From Chiloscyllium plagiosum (Eukaryota): a stretch of 64,000 bases of DNA. The stretch is taken from contig NC_057750.1 in the NCBI RefSeq assembly GCF_004010195.1, positions 7,322,530-7,386,529 on the forward strand, given 5' to 3'. The translations under genes were made by a program, and so were the position numbers. How positions within the stretch are numbered: the stretch's first letter is position 1; each line of letters starts with the position of its first letter. Below, piece after piece: positions 48,294-61,969 of this stretch. Below the pieces are notes generated by a model. That model had not been told where the DNA came from. It made no database searches and worked only from the letters and a program-made list of their open reading frames with translations.

Positions 48294-50133
48294 GTAACAG
48301 TCTGTCAGTGTTCATCCTGTCAAACGTTTTCACAATCTTATATTTTTCCAATGAGTTGCCTCTCCTCCTTCTGACCTCCAGAGAGCATCGGCTCAACTTG
48401 TCATCAGCTCATGATAGGACAAATTTCTCATCCCAGGGGCCAATCAAATGAAGAGACTCCAGTGCCTGTGTAACCTACCTTAATCATGGAGTCCAAAATG
48501 GCGCACAGGGTTCCAAGTGTGGTTTCACCAAAATCAGGAGGGGCACGGGTAGGATAAATAGACAAAGTCTTTTCCCTGGGGTGGAGGAGTCCAGAACTGG
48601 AGGGCAGAGGTTTATGGTGAGAGGGGAAAGATGTAAAAGAGACCTAAGGGGCAACGTTTTCACTCAGAGGGTGGTGCGTGTATGGAATGAGCTACCAGAG
48701 GAATTGGTGGAGGCTGGTACAATTACAACATTTAAAAGGCATCGAGATGGGTAAATAAATAGGAAGGGTTTGGAGGGACATGGGCCGGGTGCTGGCAGGT
48801 GGGAGTAGATTGGGTTGGGATAGCTGGTCAGCATGGACAGGTTGGACTGAAGAGTCTGTTTCTGTGCTGTACATCTCAGTGAATCTATGACTCTAAGACT
48901 AATTCTGGACTGGTTCAGGGGTGTGCTGGTTGATTAGCTAAGGTGACGACAGGTGGGCCTAGTTTAATTTGGGATTATGGTCGGCACAGACTGGTTGAAC
49001 CGAAGGGTCTGTTTCGATGCTGTATGACTCTATAGAAGAAATAGAAGCAAGAGTGGACAGTAAGATCCCTTGCGTCTCCTTCACTTTTCAATGAGGTTAG
49101 GTTACTCTATTTTATCTCTTCCTTTCTTGCCTTAAGTCATTATCCCTTGATTCCTGTAGTGTCTATAACTCTATTGATTATCACACAACTGAGCTGTGGA
49201 ATGTGTGGGTTTCAATACGATGCCAGATACATATGTCAATCAGCTGCTTGAAACAAACAGAAAATTCCATCAATTATTCATAATAGGCAGAATACAGTCT
49301 GTTATCCAGCAGCCCACACTTAAAAAAACCCAAAGTAAATGTCTGTTGTCAGATGCATGTCTATGATTGGAGAGGTTTGTTGAACAATCCCAAGTGTGTC
49401 AATAGCTATAGATTAGATTCTCTCCAGTGTGGAAACAAGCCCTTTGGCCCAACAAGTCCACACCGACCCTCCAAAGAGCAATCCATCCTGACCCATTCCC
49501 CTACATTTACCCCTGACTGATGCACCTAACACTATGGGGCAATTTAGCATGGCCAATTCACCTCACCTTCACATCTTTGGACTGTGGGAGGAAACCAGAG
49601 CAAACCCACACAGAGAATGTGCAAACTCCACACAGACAGTCGCCTGAGGTGGGAGTTGAACCCGGGTCCCTGGTGCTGTGAGGCAGCAGTGCTAACCACT
49701 GAGCCACCTTGCCAGTGTAGTGACGACGAATTTAAGAATCCTTCGACGTCCTAGCACGGCTCTTTCACACTCATGAGAGGGCCCGGGGAGTGATGGCCTC
49801 GTGATATTGTCGCTGGATTATTATTCTAGAGATTCCAGGTAATGCCCTGGAGGCTTGGGCTTGAATCCTGCCATGGTGGAATGTGAATCCAATAAAAATC
49901 TGGAATTAAGAATCTAATGATGATCATTGTTGGGAAGACCCATCTGGTCCTTCAGGGAAGGGAGCTGCCATCGTTACCTGGTCTGGCCTACATGTGACTC
50001 CAGACCCACAGCAATGGGTTGACTCTTAACTGCTCCCTGGGCTACCCAGTGATGCCCTTGAGCAAATTTTTAAAAAGTTAGATTTGACATCTATTGATTG
50101 ATAATCCAATCAATACAGTTGCAGACACTGAAG

Positions 50134-50336
50134 AAAGTGAGGTCTGCAGATGCTGGAGATCAGAGTCGAGAGTGTGGTGCTGGAAACGCACAGCCGGTCA
50201 GGCAGCATCCAAGGAGCAGGAGAATCGATGTTTCAGGCATAAAGACCTTTCTGGATGAAGGCCTTATGCCCGAAGCGTCAACTCTCCTGCTCCTCGGATG
50301 CTGCCTGACCTGCTGTGCTTTTCCAGCACCACATAA
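50134..50336. mobile_element. Fold-back PLE terminal element
   Basis: tgtggtgctggaaa ... tttccagcaccaca; 11-bp TSD agacactgaag / agatactgaag. Confidence 0.85.
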
Positions 50337-51527
50337 AGATACTGAAGGTCTATTGGTCAATGTATGTTTGTAACCTAAGCAACATCCTTATTCTGTGATT
50401 TTGTCTGCAAACAAAAGGAATATGTTCAAGCCTTGTATATTTTCTTTAAGTCACCCAGGAGCCTGTAATTTCCCACTTTCTCTCCGAAAGTTCTTAGGAA
50501 AGGGAATGGTTAACCCATTGTGTATTGGATGATTGGACCCTGGACCAAGGTCATCAAATATTCAATATATACAGCAGCCAGGGTGAAGGGACGATACGTT
50601 TGAAATGAGATGAGGAGGAATATCCTCAGCCGGATGGTGGTTAGTCTGTGGAACTCATTGCTACCGTCTGGGATGTGATGGTCTAGTGGTATTATCGCTG
50701 GGCTGTTAATTTAGAAACTCACCTAATTTCCTGGGGTGAATTTCATGGCAGATGGTGCAGTTTGAATTCAATAAAAATCTGGGGTTAAGAGTCTAATGAT
50801 GGTCATGAATCAGTTGTTGAGGGGAAAAGCCAATCTGGTTCACTGATGTCCTTCAGGGAAGGGAACTGCCATCCTAACCTGGTGTGGCCTATATGTGACT
50901 CCAGACCCACAACAATGGGGTTGACTCTTATACTGCCTTCTGGGCAATAAATGTCAATGATGCCCACACCCATGAATATCTATCTTAAAAGGTGGCATTG
51001 AGCGTCTCTAAGATGGAGATTGATAGGTTCTCAAGGAGTAAGGGGATCAAGAGGTATAGGGAGAAGGCAGGAGAATGGGGTTGAGAAACACACCAGGCAG
51101 AAACAAATGGAGCCGGATTGAAGTGGGTAACTCTGCTCCTGTGTCTTATACTGGTCAATCAGATTAAAAACACAAAACTGAGCACACAGAAAACCTCCGC
51201 ATCTGTGGAGAGGGGAACAGATTTAGCATTTCCAGTCCAATGCTCTTGGATAGTTAAGTAGGTGACTGTCAGTCAGAATCGCTCGCAGTTCACGCCTATG
51301 GCAAATCAGAATGAAGGATCTCAGTTAAACAGGAGCACAGGCCCATCATTGCACTGTGCTGATGTTAGTGCAGTTCCCTCGAGCGTTCACACGCACGGGA
51401 TCAGATTAAAGGCACGAAACAATCGTTACGATCTTTCTTTCCCCAGAAAGAGGCTGTGAAAGCTTGGAGGACAAGAGAGCCACAAGTTTAAAGCAGTTGG
51501 CTGCAGAGGGAAACAAAAATAATGCAG

Positions 51528-52070
51528 AGTCGTAGAGATGTACAGCACAGAAACAGACCCTTCAGTTCAACTTGTCCATGCCAACAAGATACCCTGAATT
51601 AATTTAGTTCCATTTGCCAGCACTTGGCCCATATCCCTCCAAACCCTTCCTATTCATATACCCATCCAGATGCCTTTTAAATGTTGTCATTGTACCAGCC
51701 TCCACCACGTCCTCTGGCAGCTCATTCCATACACACACCACCCTCTGTGTGAAAAAGTTGCCCTTTAGGTCTCTTCTATATCCTTCCCCTCTCACCCTAA
51801 ACCTATGTCCTCTAGTTCTGGACTCCCCCAACCCAGGGAAAAGACTTTGTCTATTTACCCTATCCATGCCCCTCATGATTTTATAAACTTCTATAAGGTC
51901 GCCCCTCAGCCTCTGACACTCCAGGGAAAACAGCCCCAACCTATTCAGTCTCTTCCCCCCCCCCCCCAGCTCAAACCCTCCTACCCTGGTAACATCTTTG
52001 TAAATCTTTTCTGAATCCTTTCAAGCGTCACAACATCCTTCCTATAGCAGGGAGACCAGAACTGAAAGCA
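51528..52070 (-). mobile_element. HER1 LINE 3' fragment
   Basis: 111-aa ORF2 C-terminal frame. Confidence 0.9.
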
Positions 52071-52479
52071 GAATTTAGTTAGCCGCGCAGGCTTATTTCT
52101 CTGTTGTTTAATTTCCTACATGGTCACTGCTTTGTTTGAGAGAAAAACACCATCTCATGTGGCATGTGGAATGCTCTGCCTAAGAGTGTAGGGGGTGGAA
52201 TGGTTGAATTCAAAAGGGAATTGGATTATTACTTGGAAAGGTAGAGGGGTGTGAAGTTACGGGGTAAAGATGGAGGATTGCTGCTATAGGAATTGTTCAT
52301 TTGGAGGGCTGACCCAGACTTAAAATCCTTACAGTGTTGGGGCAGACTATTCAGTCTATCAAGTCCAAACCAACCCTCTGGAGAACATCCAACCCCATTT
52401 CTGTAACCCTGCATTTCCCATGGCTGATCCACCTAACCTGCACACCTTTGGGCTGTGGGAGGAAACTGGAGCACCCGGA

Positions 52480-53070
52480 GATGTGTTGGTTTTCATTAGC
52501 TAGGGGATTGAGTTTAAGAGCCACGAGGTTATGCTGCAGCTCTATAGAGCCTTGGTTAGACCACACTTGGAATATTGTGTTCAGTTCTGGTCACCTCATC
52601 ACGGGAAGAATGTGGAAGCTTTAAAGAGAGTGCAGAGGAGATTTACCAGGATGCTGCCTGGACTGGAGGGTGTGTCTTATGAAGGAAGGTTGAGGGAGCG
52701 AGGGCTTTTCTCATTGGAGCGAAGGATGAGAGGTGACTTGATGAAGGTGGACAAGATGATGAGAGGCATAGATAGAGTGGATAGCTAGAGACTTTTCCCC
52801 AGGGTGGAAATGGCTATCATGAAGGGACATAAATTTAAGGTGATTGGTGGAAGGTTTAGGGGTGATGTCAGAGGTAGGTTCTTTACACACAGAGTGGTGG
52901 GTGTGTGGAATGCACTGCCAGCAGTGGGAGTAGAGTCAGATACATTAGGGACACTTAAGTGACTCTTGGATAGGCATGTGGATGATAGTAAAATGAAGGG
53001 AACGTAGGTTAGTCTGATCTTAGACGAGGACAAAAGGTTGGCACAGGGTTGAAGGGCCTGCACTGTTCTA
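52480..53070 (+). mobile_element. CR1 LINE 3' fragment splitting an HE1 SINE (52325-52480 and 53075-53195, -)
   Basis: 'MLQLYRALVRPHLEYCVQFWSPHH...'. Confidence 0.85.
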
Positions 53071-53394
53071 CAAAGCTCACACAGGCACTAGGAGAATGTG
53101 CAAACTCCACACAGACAGTCACCAGCAGGTGGAATTGAACTCAGGTCCCTGATGCTGTGAGGGAGTGTACTAACCACCGAGCCACCGTGTCACCCAATGA
53201 TGAAGTGCCTGGTCTGCTTTTGTGCTGAAACAATTCCGTGATTAATTTTTCCAGCGAATTTGTCTCTAGCCCTGTTTAATTTCTAAAGTCAACAGAGTTT
53301 GACAGAAATGAATGTGTAAAGTTGTTAATAATTATTCTAAACGCTTTGTTATTGAAACAGGGTGTAATTGACAGATACCTCAGCAGGAACACAA

Positions 53395-53790
53395 ACAGCA
53401 CTTACTGCTTTTTATCAGTGCACCATAGAAAGCACTCTGTCCGGATGCATCACAGCTTGGTTCAGCAACTGCTCTGCCCAGGACTGTAAGAAACTACAGA
53501 GAGATGTGAACACAGCCCAGTCCATCATAAGCCTCCCATCCACTGACTCTGCCATTAATTCCCGCTGCCTCCTGCTGGCAAACATCCATCAAAAACCCCT
53601 CCCACCCCGGTTAGACCCTCTTCCATCCGGCAGAAAACATAAAATTATGAAAACACGTACCGACAGATTCAGGAACAGCTTCTTCCCCGCTGTTATCAGA
53701 CCGATGAACAGGACCTCTCAAATGTTAAAGTTGATCTTTCTCTGCACCTCCTCTGTAGCTATAACACTGTGTTCGGTTATTCCTGATTTG
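53395..53790 (+). mobile_element. Rex1/Babar-type LINE 3' fragment (another at ~59425-59785, -)
   Basis: 'FYQCTIESTLSGCITAWFSNCSAQDCKKLQR...LPSGRK...RTDRFRNSFFPAVIR'. Confidence 0.85.
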
Positions 53791-56139
53791 ATTTGATTTG
53801 ATTTATTATTGTCACATGTCCCAAGGTACAGTGAAAGGTTTTGTTTTGCATGCAGCACAGAGACATCACACCAGTGCATTATGGTGATATGTACTTATGT
53901 AAGCTATGTTTGCCTGGAACAGCACCTAAATCAATACTTTGCATTGTATCTCCAGACATGCAACAATAGTAAATCAAATTAAATTGAAATAAGGTTTTGT
54001 CATCAGGTGTTCCCTATCAAATTCCATATCTTAGAGTCATTGAGATCTACAGTTTGGAAACAGACCCTTCGTCCAACCCGTCCATTCCGATCAGATATCC
54101 CAACCCAATCTAGTCCCATTTCTCAGCATATGGCCAATATCCCTCTAAACCCTTCCTGTTCATATACTCATCCGGTTGCCTTTTATAGAGATCTTTGAAG
54201 GGTTGGGTAAGAGCCTACTTTGAAGATGTCACTAACGTGAAAGTTGCTGAAAGAAAGGACAGATTTGTCAGGGCACTGCATCTCTTTACTTCTCTTTACT
54301 CTTTTGTGGGATGTGGGCTTCACGAGCCGAGGATTGGTTACCCATCCCTAATTGCCCCTTGAACCGAGTGGTTTCCTTGACGATTTCAGAGGGCACTAAG
54401 AGTCGACCGCATTGCTGTGGGTCTGGAGTCACATTTAAACCTTGGCCTGATTAAGGACTCATCCTGTCGCCTCTAGTATTTGTAGGAGCAGCAAGTAGGC
54501 CATTTAGCCCATCGGGCCTGCTTGCTGTTCATTAAGATGACGGCTGATTGCACACTGCCATTCCTCTTACTTACCCAAGCCTCTAACCCATGGCACCGGT
54601 GGGTAGGACTGACATTCCCTGGGAATCTTTCACAATCAAACCCTGTCATGTTTCTGCTTGAAGTCTCTTGTGGGACCCTGATAGTGCCTGAAAGCACACT
54701 GTGTTTGGACATTGTCCACAGAGAAACCGTCAAAGGATCATCAGTTTTGGGTCTCGAAGATGGCTTTCCCATTTTATCAACACTTTCTTGACCCATGATA
54801 CTCCACCTCTGAAAGATTTTTACTTTAATGGAGAGTTATTTTGGTGTGGCCCATTCTTTGCTTTCCCCAGCACTTCCCTCCAAGGTTTGACTCCTCTCCC
54901 GACCCTCCATGACTTTTTAAAATATTAATTGAATGAATAAAGGCACTTGAGTTTTTATCAAAGCTGTTTTGCTGCCTGAACGCTGGTAGGTGTCCCACTC
55001 TCAGCAAACAGTGACAGTGCATTGACGGAGATTGGTTCTAATATTGTCTGTGGTTCCACATAGAACAATACAGCACAGTATAGGCCCTTCAGCCCTCAAT
55101 GTTGTGCCAATCTATGAAACAAATCTAAAGCCCATCTAACCTACACTATCCATGAGACTACAATTACCCATAATCCGTGAACAACTGTGTCCACCATCCC
55201 TGAGTGCCCTGGTCAGAAATGGACATTGAATTGAATTGATTGAATTAGTTTTATTGTCACATGTACTCACATGTACGGTGAAAGGTTTACAAGTCGCCAC
55301 TTAATGGCACCATCTTAGGTACATGGTAGCCCAGTACTGATTCCTCAGGACAAGTTCTCAGGAGAAACAAAATTAGAAAAATAAAATAAGAAGTCCAGCA
55401 TTACAGGTCGTAGGAATAAATCGGAACACAGAGAAATAAGAAGTTTGGATCAATAGACCTTCCAACCTGGTCGATGTTGACTGAGCTGTTTAGGTGACAT
55501 CATTGTTGCCATCTATTGCTGTATATAGTCATTGATTCACAACAGCATGGGAGCAGGCCATTCAGCCCATCACATCCAGACCAACCCTCCAAAGAACATC
55601 CCATCCAGACCCACCTGGCTGCCCCATCCCCATAATCCTGCATTTCAGGAAGGGTTTGGAGGGATATGAGTCGGGTGCTGGCAGGTGGAACTAGATTGGG
55701 TTGGGATATCTGGTCAGCACAGGCAAGTTGGACCAAAGGGTCTGTTTCCGTGCTGTACATCTCTATGACGCTACCCCACCTAGCCTGCACACCCCTGAAA
55801 ACTATGGGACAATTTAGCATGGCCAATCCACCCTGACCTGAACATCTTTGGACTCTGGGAGGAAACCAGAGCACCCAGAGGAAACCCACACAGACACGGG
55901 GAAATTGTGCAAACTCCACACTGACAGTCGCCCGAGGCTAGAATCGAACCTGGGTCCCTGGCGCTGTGAGGCAGCCGTGCTAACCACTGAGCCACCCTGG
56001 AAGTGTTGCAATATGACCTCCCTCCAAGTGAATTTCCCACTCCAATAGAGTGGCACAATGGTCTTGCACCTCCTTAATTCTTAATGAACGACCAGTTAGA
56101 AAACAAAAAGACACAGAAGGGGAGGCAATTTCTTAACTG

Positions 56140-56490
56140 TCCAGTCCAACTTAGTTTCAAGTCCCACACCAGAGAGCAAAGCGCAAAATCCAAGTTGCTA
56201 CCCCATTGCAGCCCTGTTTGGGGAGGAGTGGGGATGGGCTTGATTTTTCGGGTGAGATGTTCGACTGAGATCCCATCTGCCCTCTCGCATGTAACTGCCC
56301 AGCAGCGAATCAGAGAAGAACGGTGGCGTTCTTCAAAGTGCGCTGACCCCAATACCAGAGAGAGCTGATCAAGCCGCTGTCTGTGGGATCTTGCTGTGTG
56401 CAGCCCAGCTGCTGCGGTTCCCCCTGGTGCACGTCAAAACGGCTCTTTGGGGTGTGTCAAGGTCGTGGGAGGGCACTGTATAAATTCAAG
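56140..56490 (+). mobile_element. Old DeuSINE-like SINE with L2-type tail (remnants also ~5370-5565 -, 10370-10500 +, 35980-36440 -)
   Basis: 'gctgtctgtgggatcttgctgtgtgca' and tail 'gtcgtgggagggcactgtataaattcaag'; family assigned from recollection. Confidence 0.5.
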
Positions 56491-56761
56491 GCGTTCTTAA
56501 CTGCTCTTGTTCATGTCCAAAATGTTTATTATTGGTGGAGGCTGTGGGGCTCAATTGGCTGATCTGTGATGCACAATTCCACCAACAGCGTGGGTTCACT
56601 TCCCACACTGGCTGAGGTTACCATAAGGGACTCTCTGCAATCTGTCCCCTCGCCTGAGGGTGTGGTGACCCTCAGGTTGAACCACCACCAGTCCTCTCTC
56701 TCTCTTTCTGTCTCTCTCTCTCTATGTGAGAGGAGGAGATGGTGACTTTACCTTTGCTTAT

Positions 56762-57080
56762 TAGCTTAGATTCCCTACAGTGTGGAAACAGGCCCTTCAG
56801 CCCAACAAGTCCACACCAACCCTCCGAAGAGCAACCCACCCAGACCCATTCCCCTACATTCACCCTGATTAATGCACCTAACACTGTGGGCAATTTAGCA
56901 CGGCCAATTCACCTGACCTGCACATCTTTGGACTGTGGGAGGAAACCAGAGCACCCAGGGGGAAACCCACGCAGACACTGGGAGAGTGTGTAAACTCCAC
57001 ACAGACAGTTGCCCGAAGCGGGAATTGAACCCAGGTCCCTGGCGCTGTGAGGCAGCAGTGCTAACCACTGAGCCACCGTG
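56762..57080 (-). mobile_element. HE1 SINE, full length (others at 23645-23980, 28755-29060, 29585-29895, 36062-36318, 39200-39518, 49410-49713, 55530-55998, 60095-60362)
   Basis: tRNA head, V domain and LINE tail. Confidence 0.9.
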
Positions 57081-57977
57081 ATTGACAACAAATGAATTCC
57101 ATGAAAATTGTAAAATTTTGCTCAGCCCAGGGTGCAGGAGGTTAAAGATTAAATCCTGGGAGCATTTCTTGAGGGTTGGCAACCATTGGGACATGTGTCC
57201 TGTGTCAATTAGTTTGCAATTTTGTTTTATTTTGATGAGGGAAGTCTAAATGCATTCGCAAACAGCATGTTTCAGTCCAAATCATCATCCTGTGCTTGGT
57301 CAGTGGTCAACCTTGAAGGGAGAACTCGATGGACAAGTTAACGAAAAGTATTTGCAAATATTCATGTGGGACACACATTTCCCTGGGTGGGGTATGGCAA
57401 ACATTTCAGCAAGAAACGAAGTGGTTTTGCAGGAAAAGAAAGAAAGCCTTAAAATGTTTGAGTTAAAGATCACATATAACCAGGTAATAGTCCAACAGGT
57501 TTATTTGGAAACACTAGCTTTTGGAGCGCTGCTCCTTCATTAGGTAGCTGTAGAACAGGATCATAAGACACAGAATTTCTGGCCCTTCAACTTCATTAAA
57601 TTTTTGAAGCTGTCTAACCTCTGACAGAGGAGTGATGTAGCAAGACAGAGGTCAAGTATGAGAGGTTTACCAGTTCCCTCAAGGCTTTTCTGTGAGATAA
57701 TTTGTTAACGACTTAGCAAGTCTTGCTGTGGAGTTGGTACTGTCTGTTCCTCTGGTCCAGAAGCTCTGCATTCGCGTTGCACCTCAGCACCTATTGGCCG
57801 TGGTAAATGTGGTCATAATACAGTCAGGCAGGTTAATTGTCGATATTTTCTTGCTGTTGTCAAAACTGGAGGTTTTAAGTTATACGGAGTGATTACATGA
57901 TTTACAAAGGTCCGACTTGCAAATACCAGCAGTTAACAAGAGGGATCCCATAAAGGTATAACTTAAAAAACCCAATA

Positions 57978-58186
57978 CAGGTTGTTCTGCATTTGGTTAA
58001 CGCGAATTGGCTGTAACGCGATTGATGAATTGGGGACACTGTTTCTAAAGTGTGAACTTTTAAAGCATGTGTTGGCTGTAACACGATTACATCGCCGACA
58101 CTTTGAGCGCTGTTTCTAAAGCCCTATTTTTCTATCGCGCGGGGTTGCACAAGAACACTACCATTACGTTGTAGAAGAACTACCTG
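57978..58186. mobile_element. Tc1/mariner-pogo (Tigger-like) MITE
   Basis: TA flanks; TIR CAGGT(T/A)GTTCT; internal 'ttggctgtaac(g/a)cgatt' twice. Confidence 0.75.
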
Positions 58187-58419
58187 TATACAAATTTTTC
58201 CCATACTGAGTGTTCCCATTATCCTGCATTGTGTTCTGACTTGTTTATGAATCGACTTGCACACAGACTGCAGAGTGGGACCGCCAGTACAAATTTATAG
58301 CAATGAGATTCCTTGATTCCTTTTCCTAATCAGTCATAGCCGTGTGGCAGGAAGAATAAAATAGGATTTGTCGTTTGCAACGTGTTAATACATCACTGAC
58401 AGCTTTTTACCAACAAAGT

Positions 58420-58940
58420 TCTGGTCACCCAGTTATAGGAAGGACATTATTAAGCCAGAGAGGATTCACAGGAGATTTCCCAGGAGATTTCCCAGGATGT
58501 TGCTGGGAATGGAAGGCTTGAGTTATAAAGAAAGGCTGGAATTTCTTTTTCACTGGAGTGTAGGAGGTAGAGAGGCAACCTTATGGAAGTTTACAAAATA
58601 CGGAGAGGTATGCAAAGGGTGAATGGTAGTTGTCTTTTCCCTGGGATGGGGGATTTCAAGACTAGGGGGCATATTTTAAGGTGAGAAGAGAGAGAGTTCA
58701 AAAGACAGGAGGGGCAATTTTTTTAAGACAGGGGGTGGTTCGTGTGTGAAATGAATTTTCTGAGGAAGGGGTGGATGTGGGCACAGTTACAATGTTTAAA
58801 AGACATTTGGATAAGGACATGAATAGGAAAAGTTTGGAGGGATATGGGCCAGGAGCAGGCAGATGGGGCGAGTTTAGTTTGGGATTATGGTCGGCACGGA
58901 CTGGTTGGTCCGAAGGGTCTGTTTCCGTGCTGTGATTCGA
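58420..58940 (+). mobile_element. HER1/CR1 LINE 3' fragment
   Basis: In-window similarity. Confidence 0.85.
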
Positions 58941-59786
58941 TGTCACTAGTTCCTCTCACGTTCTCTTTAGAGGTCTTACTATTTGAGGTGGTAACCTACC
59001 CTATGCGGTATGCAGTTTGGGAGTTATAGCAACCATGTTCTGCCATCACTTCACTGATCATTCATTCACCATGATGACAGACAGCCTTAGAGACTAGGAA
59101 AATAGGAGCTGGCCACTCAGCCCTTCAAGCTTGCTGCCCCATTCAATAAGATCATTGCTGATCAATCGACTCAGTCCCCTGTTTCCACTTTCTCAGCCTG
59201 TAGATCCCTTTAACCTTAACAATGACATCTAACTCCATCTTGAAAACATTCAATGTTTTGGCCTCAAATGCTTTCTGTGGCAGAGAATCCCACAGGCTCC
59301 CCCCTCACCCCGAGTGAAGACACTTCTCCCCATTTCAGTCCGAAATGGCTGACCCCGTTTCCTTAACCTGTGATCCCCAGTCATCAGGAACATCCACCTG
59401 TGTTTACCCTGTCCAGTCCTTTTGATTTGACTTATTACTGTCACATGTACCTAGGTACAGTGAAAAGTTTTGTTTTGCTTACCATACAAAGATCGCAGAG
59501 TGATAGAACAGAGCGAGGAAAACAAAGTTACAAGAAGGTGCACATAAAGCAAGATCAGCGTTAGACCTGGAATTTGAGAGGTCCATTCAGAAATCTAATA
59601 ACAGCAGGGAAGAAGCTGTTCTTGAACCTGTTGGCACATGTGTTTAAGCTTCTGTGTCTTTTGCCTGACGGGAGGGATTATAACCAGGGTTGGGAGGGGT
59701 CATTGATGATGTTGGTTGACCTCCTGAGATAGTAAGAAGAGTAGATGGAGTCAATGAATGGAAGGTTGGCTTGTCTGATGGTGTAG

Positions 59787-59971
59787 GTCAGGCAGCATCC
59801 AAGGAGCAGGAGAATCGACATTTTGGGCACGAGCCCTTCTTCAGGAAGGGCCCGAAGGATGTGCCCGAAACGTCGATTCTCCTATTCCTTGGGATGCTGC
59901 CTGACCTGCTGCGCTTTTCCAGCAACACATTTTCAGCTCTGATCTCCAGCATCTGCAGTCCTCACTTTCTC
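59787..59971 (+). mobile_element. Fold-back PLE terminal element
   Basis: Perfect 17-bp TSD cttgtctgatggtgtag (59770-86 / 59972-88); arms gtcaggcagcatcc / ggatgctgcctgac. Confidence 0.9.
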
Positions 59972-61969
59972 CTTGTCTGATGGTGTAGTCCTGTTAGAAT
60001 TGTAAAGGTTTCTACAGGATTGACCCCTTATTCTTCCAAACACTTTGCATTTACATAGTACCTTTTACCCCCTTAGGACATCTCAAACCATTAGATTAGA
60101 TTACATTACTTACAGTGAGGAAACAGGCCCTTCGGCCCAACAAGTCCACACTGGCCCTCCAAAGAGCAACCCACCCAGACACCTTCCCCTCCGTTTACCC
60201 CTTGACCTAACACTATGGGCAATTTAGCATGGCCAATTCACCTGACCTGCACCCGGGGAGAATGCACAAACTCCACACAGACAGTTGCCTGAGGCAGGAA
60301 TTGAACCCGGGTCTCTGGCGCTGTGAGGCAGCAGTGCTAACCACTGTGTCACCGTGCTGCCCATTTGGGTTGGGATATCTGGTCAGCATGGACAAGTTGG
60401 ACTGAATTCCATGCTGTACATCTCTATGACTCTATCAGTCATGGCAGGATTCAAACCCAGGTCCCCAGAACGTTACCAGAGTCATCAGGCTAATGCTCCA
60501 GCAACAATACCACTAGGCCGTTACCTCCCCTAGGTAGTGAAAGGGATGTGGGTTCAAATCTCACAGTGGTAGCTAGTGGAATTTAAATTCAGTCTGGAGT
60601 TGGAAGCAAGTATCAGTGATAGGGACCTTAAAATGTGTCATGAAAAACGATCTAGTTCACCAATGTCCTTCAGGGAAGGAAATCTGCCGTCCTTACTGAG
60701 TCTGGCCTACGCGTGACTCCAGAACCACAGCAACACGGTTGACTCTCAGAAATGGGGTCAATCCCATTAAACCATTACAGAAAACTCAAACAACACTGTG
60801 TGGAAGTCCAGGACCAGAGAGTGTAGTCTCAGAATACAGGGGTACCAACTGAAGCCTGAGATGGGGAGGAATTTCTTCCCTCAGAGGGATGTGCATCTTT
60901 AGAACTCCTTGCCGCAGAGAGCTGTGGGGGACAGAGTCCTTGTGTATATTTAAGGCTGAGAGAGATCGATTCTGGAACAGTCGGGGAGTCAAGGGTTACT
61001 GGGAAAGGGTAGGAAAGTTGATGTGAGCAATGTTGGATCAGCCATGATCCTATTGAATGACAGAACAAGACTTGAAGGGCCACATGGCCTTCTCCTGTTT
61101 CTATTTTTTCTGGTTTAATGAACATACAGTAGTGAGCTGCAGTGGTTCAACTGTCATCTAGCCAGCAAATACTCACCCCCCCAAGAACAAATGGGAAAAA
61201 ATGTGTACAGCGATTCCTCGGGGAGAGGAGATTTTCCAGCAAAGGTCTTGACTGGTTTCTCGGACTGCTCACATTTTTAAATCTTTTATTCTTAGCCCTT
61301 TAACTGAGCGGCTTGCCAGGACTATGTCAGAGTCAACTGCATCACTCTGTCAGGAGCAATGTTTCCCAAATGCTCCCCCCACCCCCACCATGCTTTCTCT
61401 AACTTGATATTCCAGATTTTGTAGAGTCATAGAATCCCTACAGTGTGGAAGCAGGCCATTCGGCCCATCGAGTCCACACCGACCCTCTGAAGAGCATCTC
61501 ATCCAATTTATGAACTGAATTTAAACTCTACCACCTGGTCGAGAGGGGGATTTGAACCTATGTGGTCAGAGGTTTTGGATTACCACTTTATTGATATTAC
61601 CATGAGCCTATTGCCTCTTTGGAAAATAATAGAGGGGGAGATTATTGCGGATGGTCCAATTTGAGATCCTACACATGATGAAGATTAAAGTCAGATGGGG
61701 GTTTTTATAACTGGTCTGATTGCCACTGTAACAAACATCAGGACAGGTGGTGAAGGTGTTAATGATAACCCTGTCTGACGCATACCCACCAGAGCCTGGT
61801 TCTCCTGTCAACAAACTACCGGGCTTTGGCATGATGTGCCAACTGTCCATTCTGCCAGTTGGGTTTCTAACTCGGTAAAGTCACCATTGTCTTTCCAGAC
61901 CATAGTCCCACTCTCTTCATGGGCTGGTTGGTGACCCCCAACACCTTCCTGATGTCAAGACCAAGTCAG

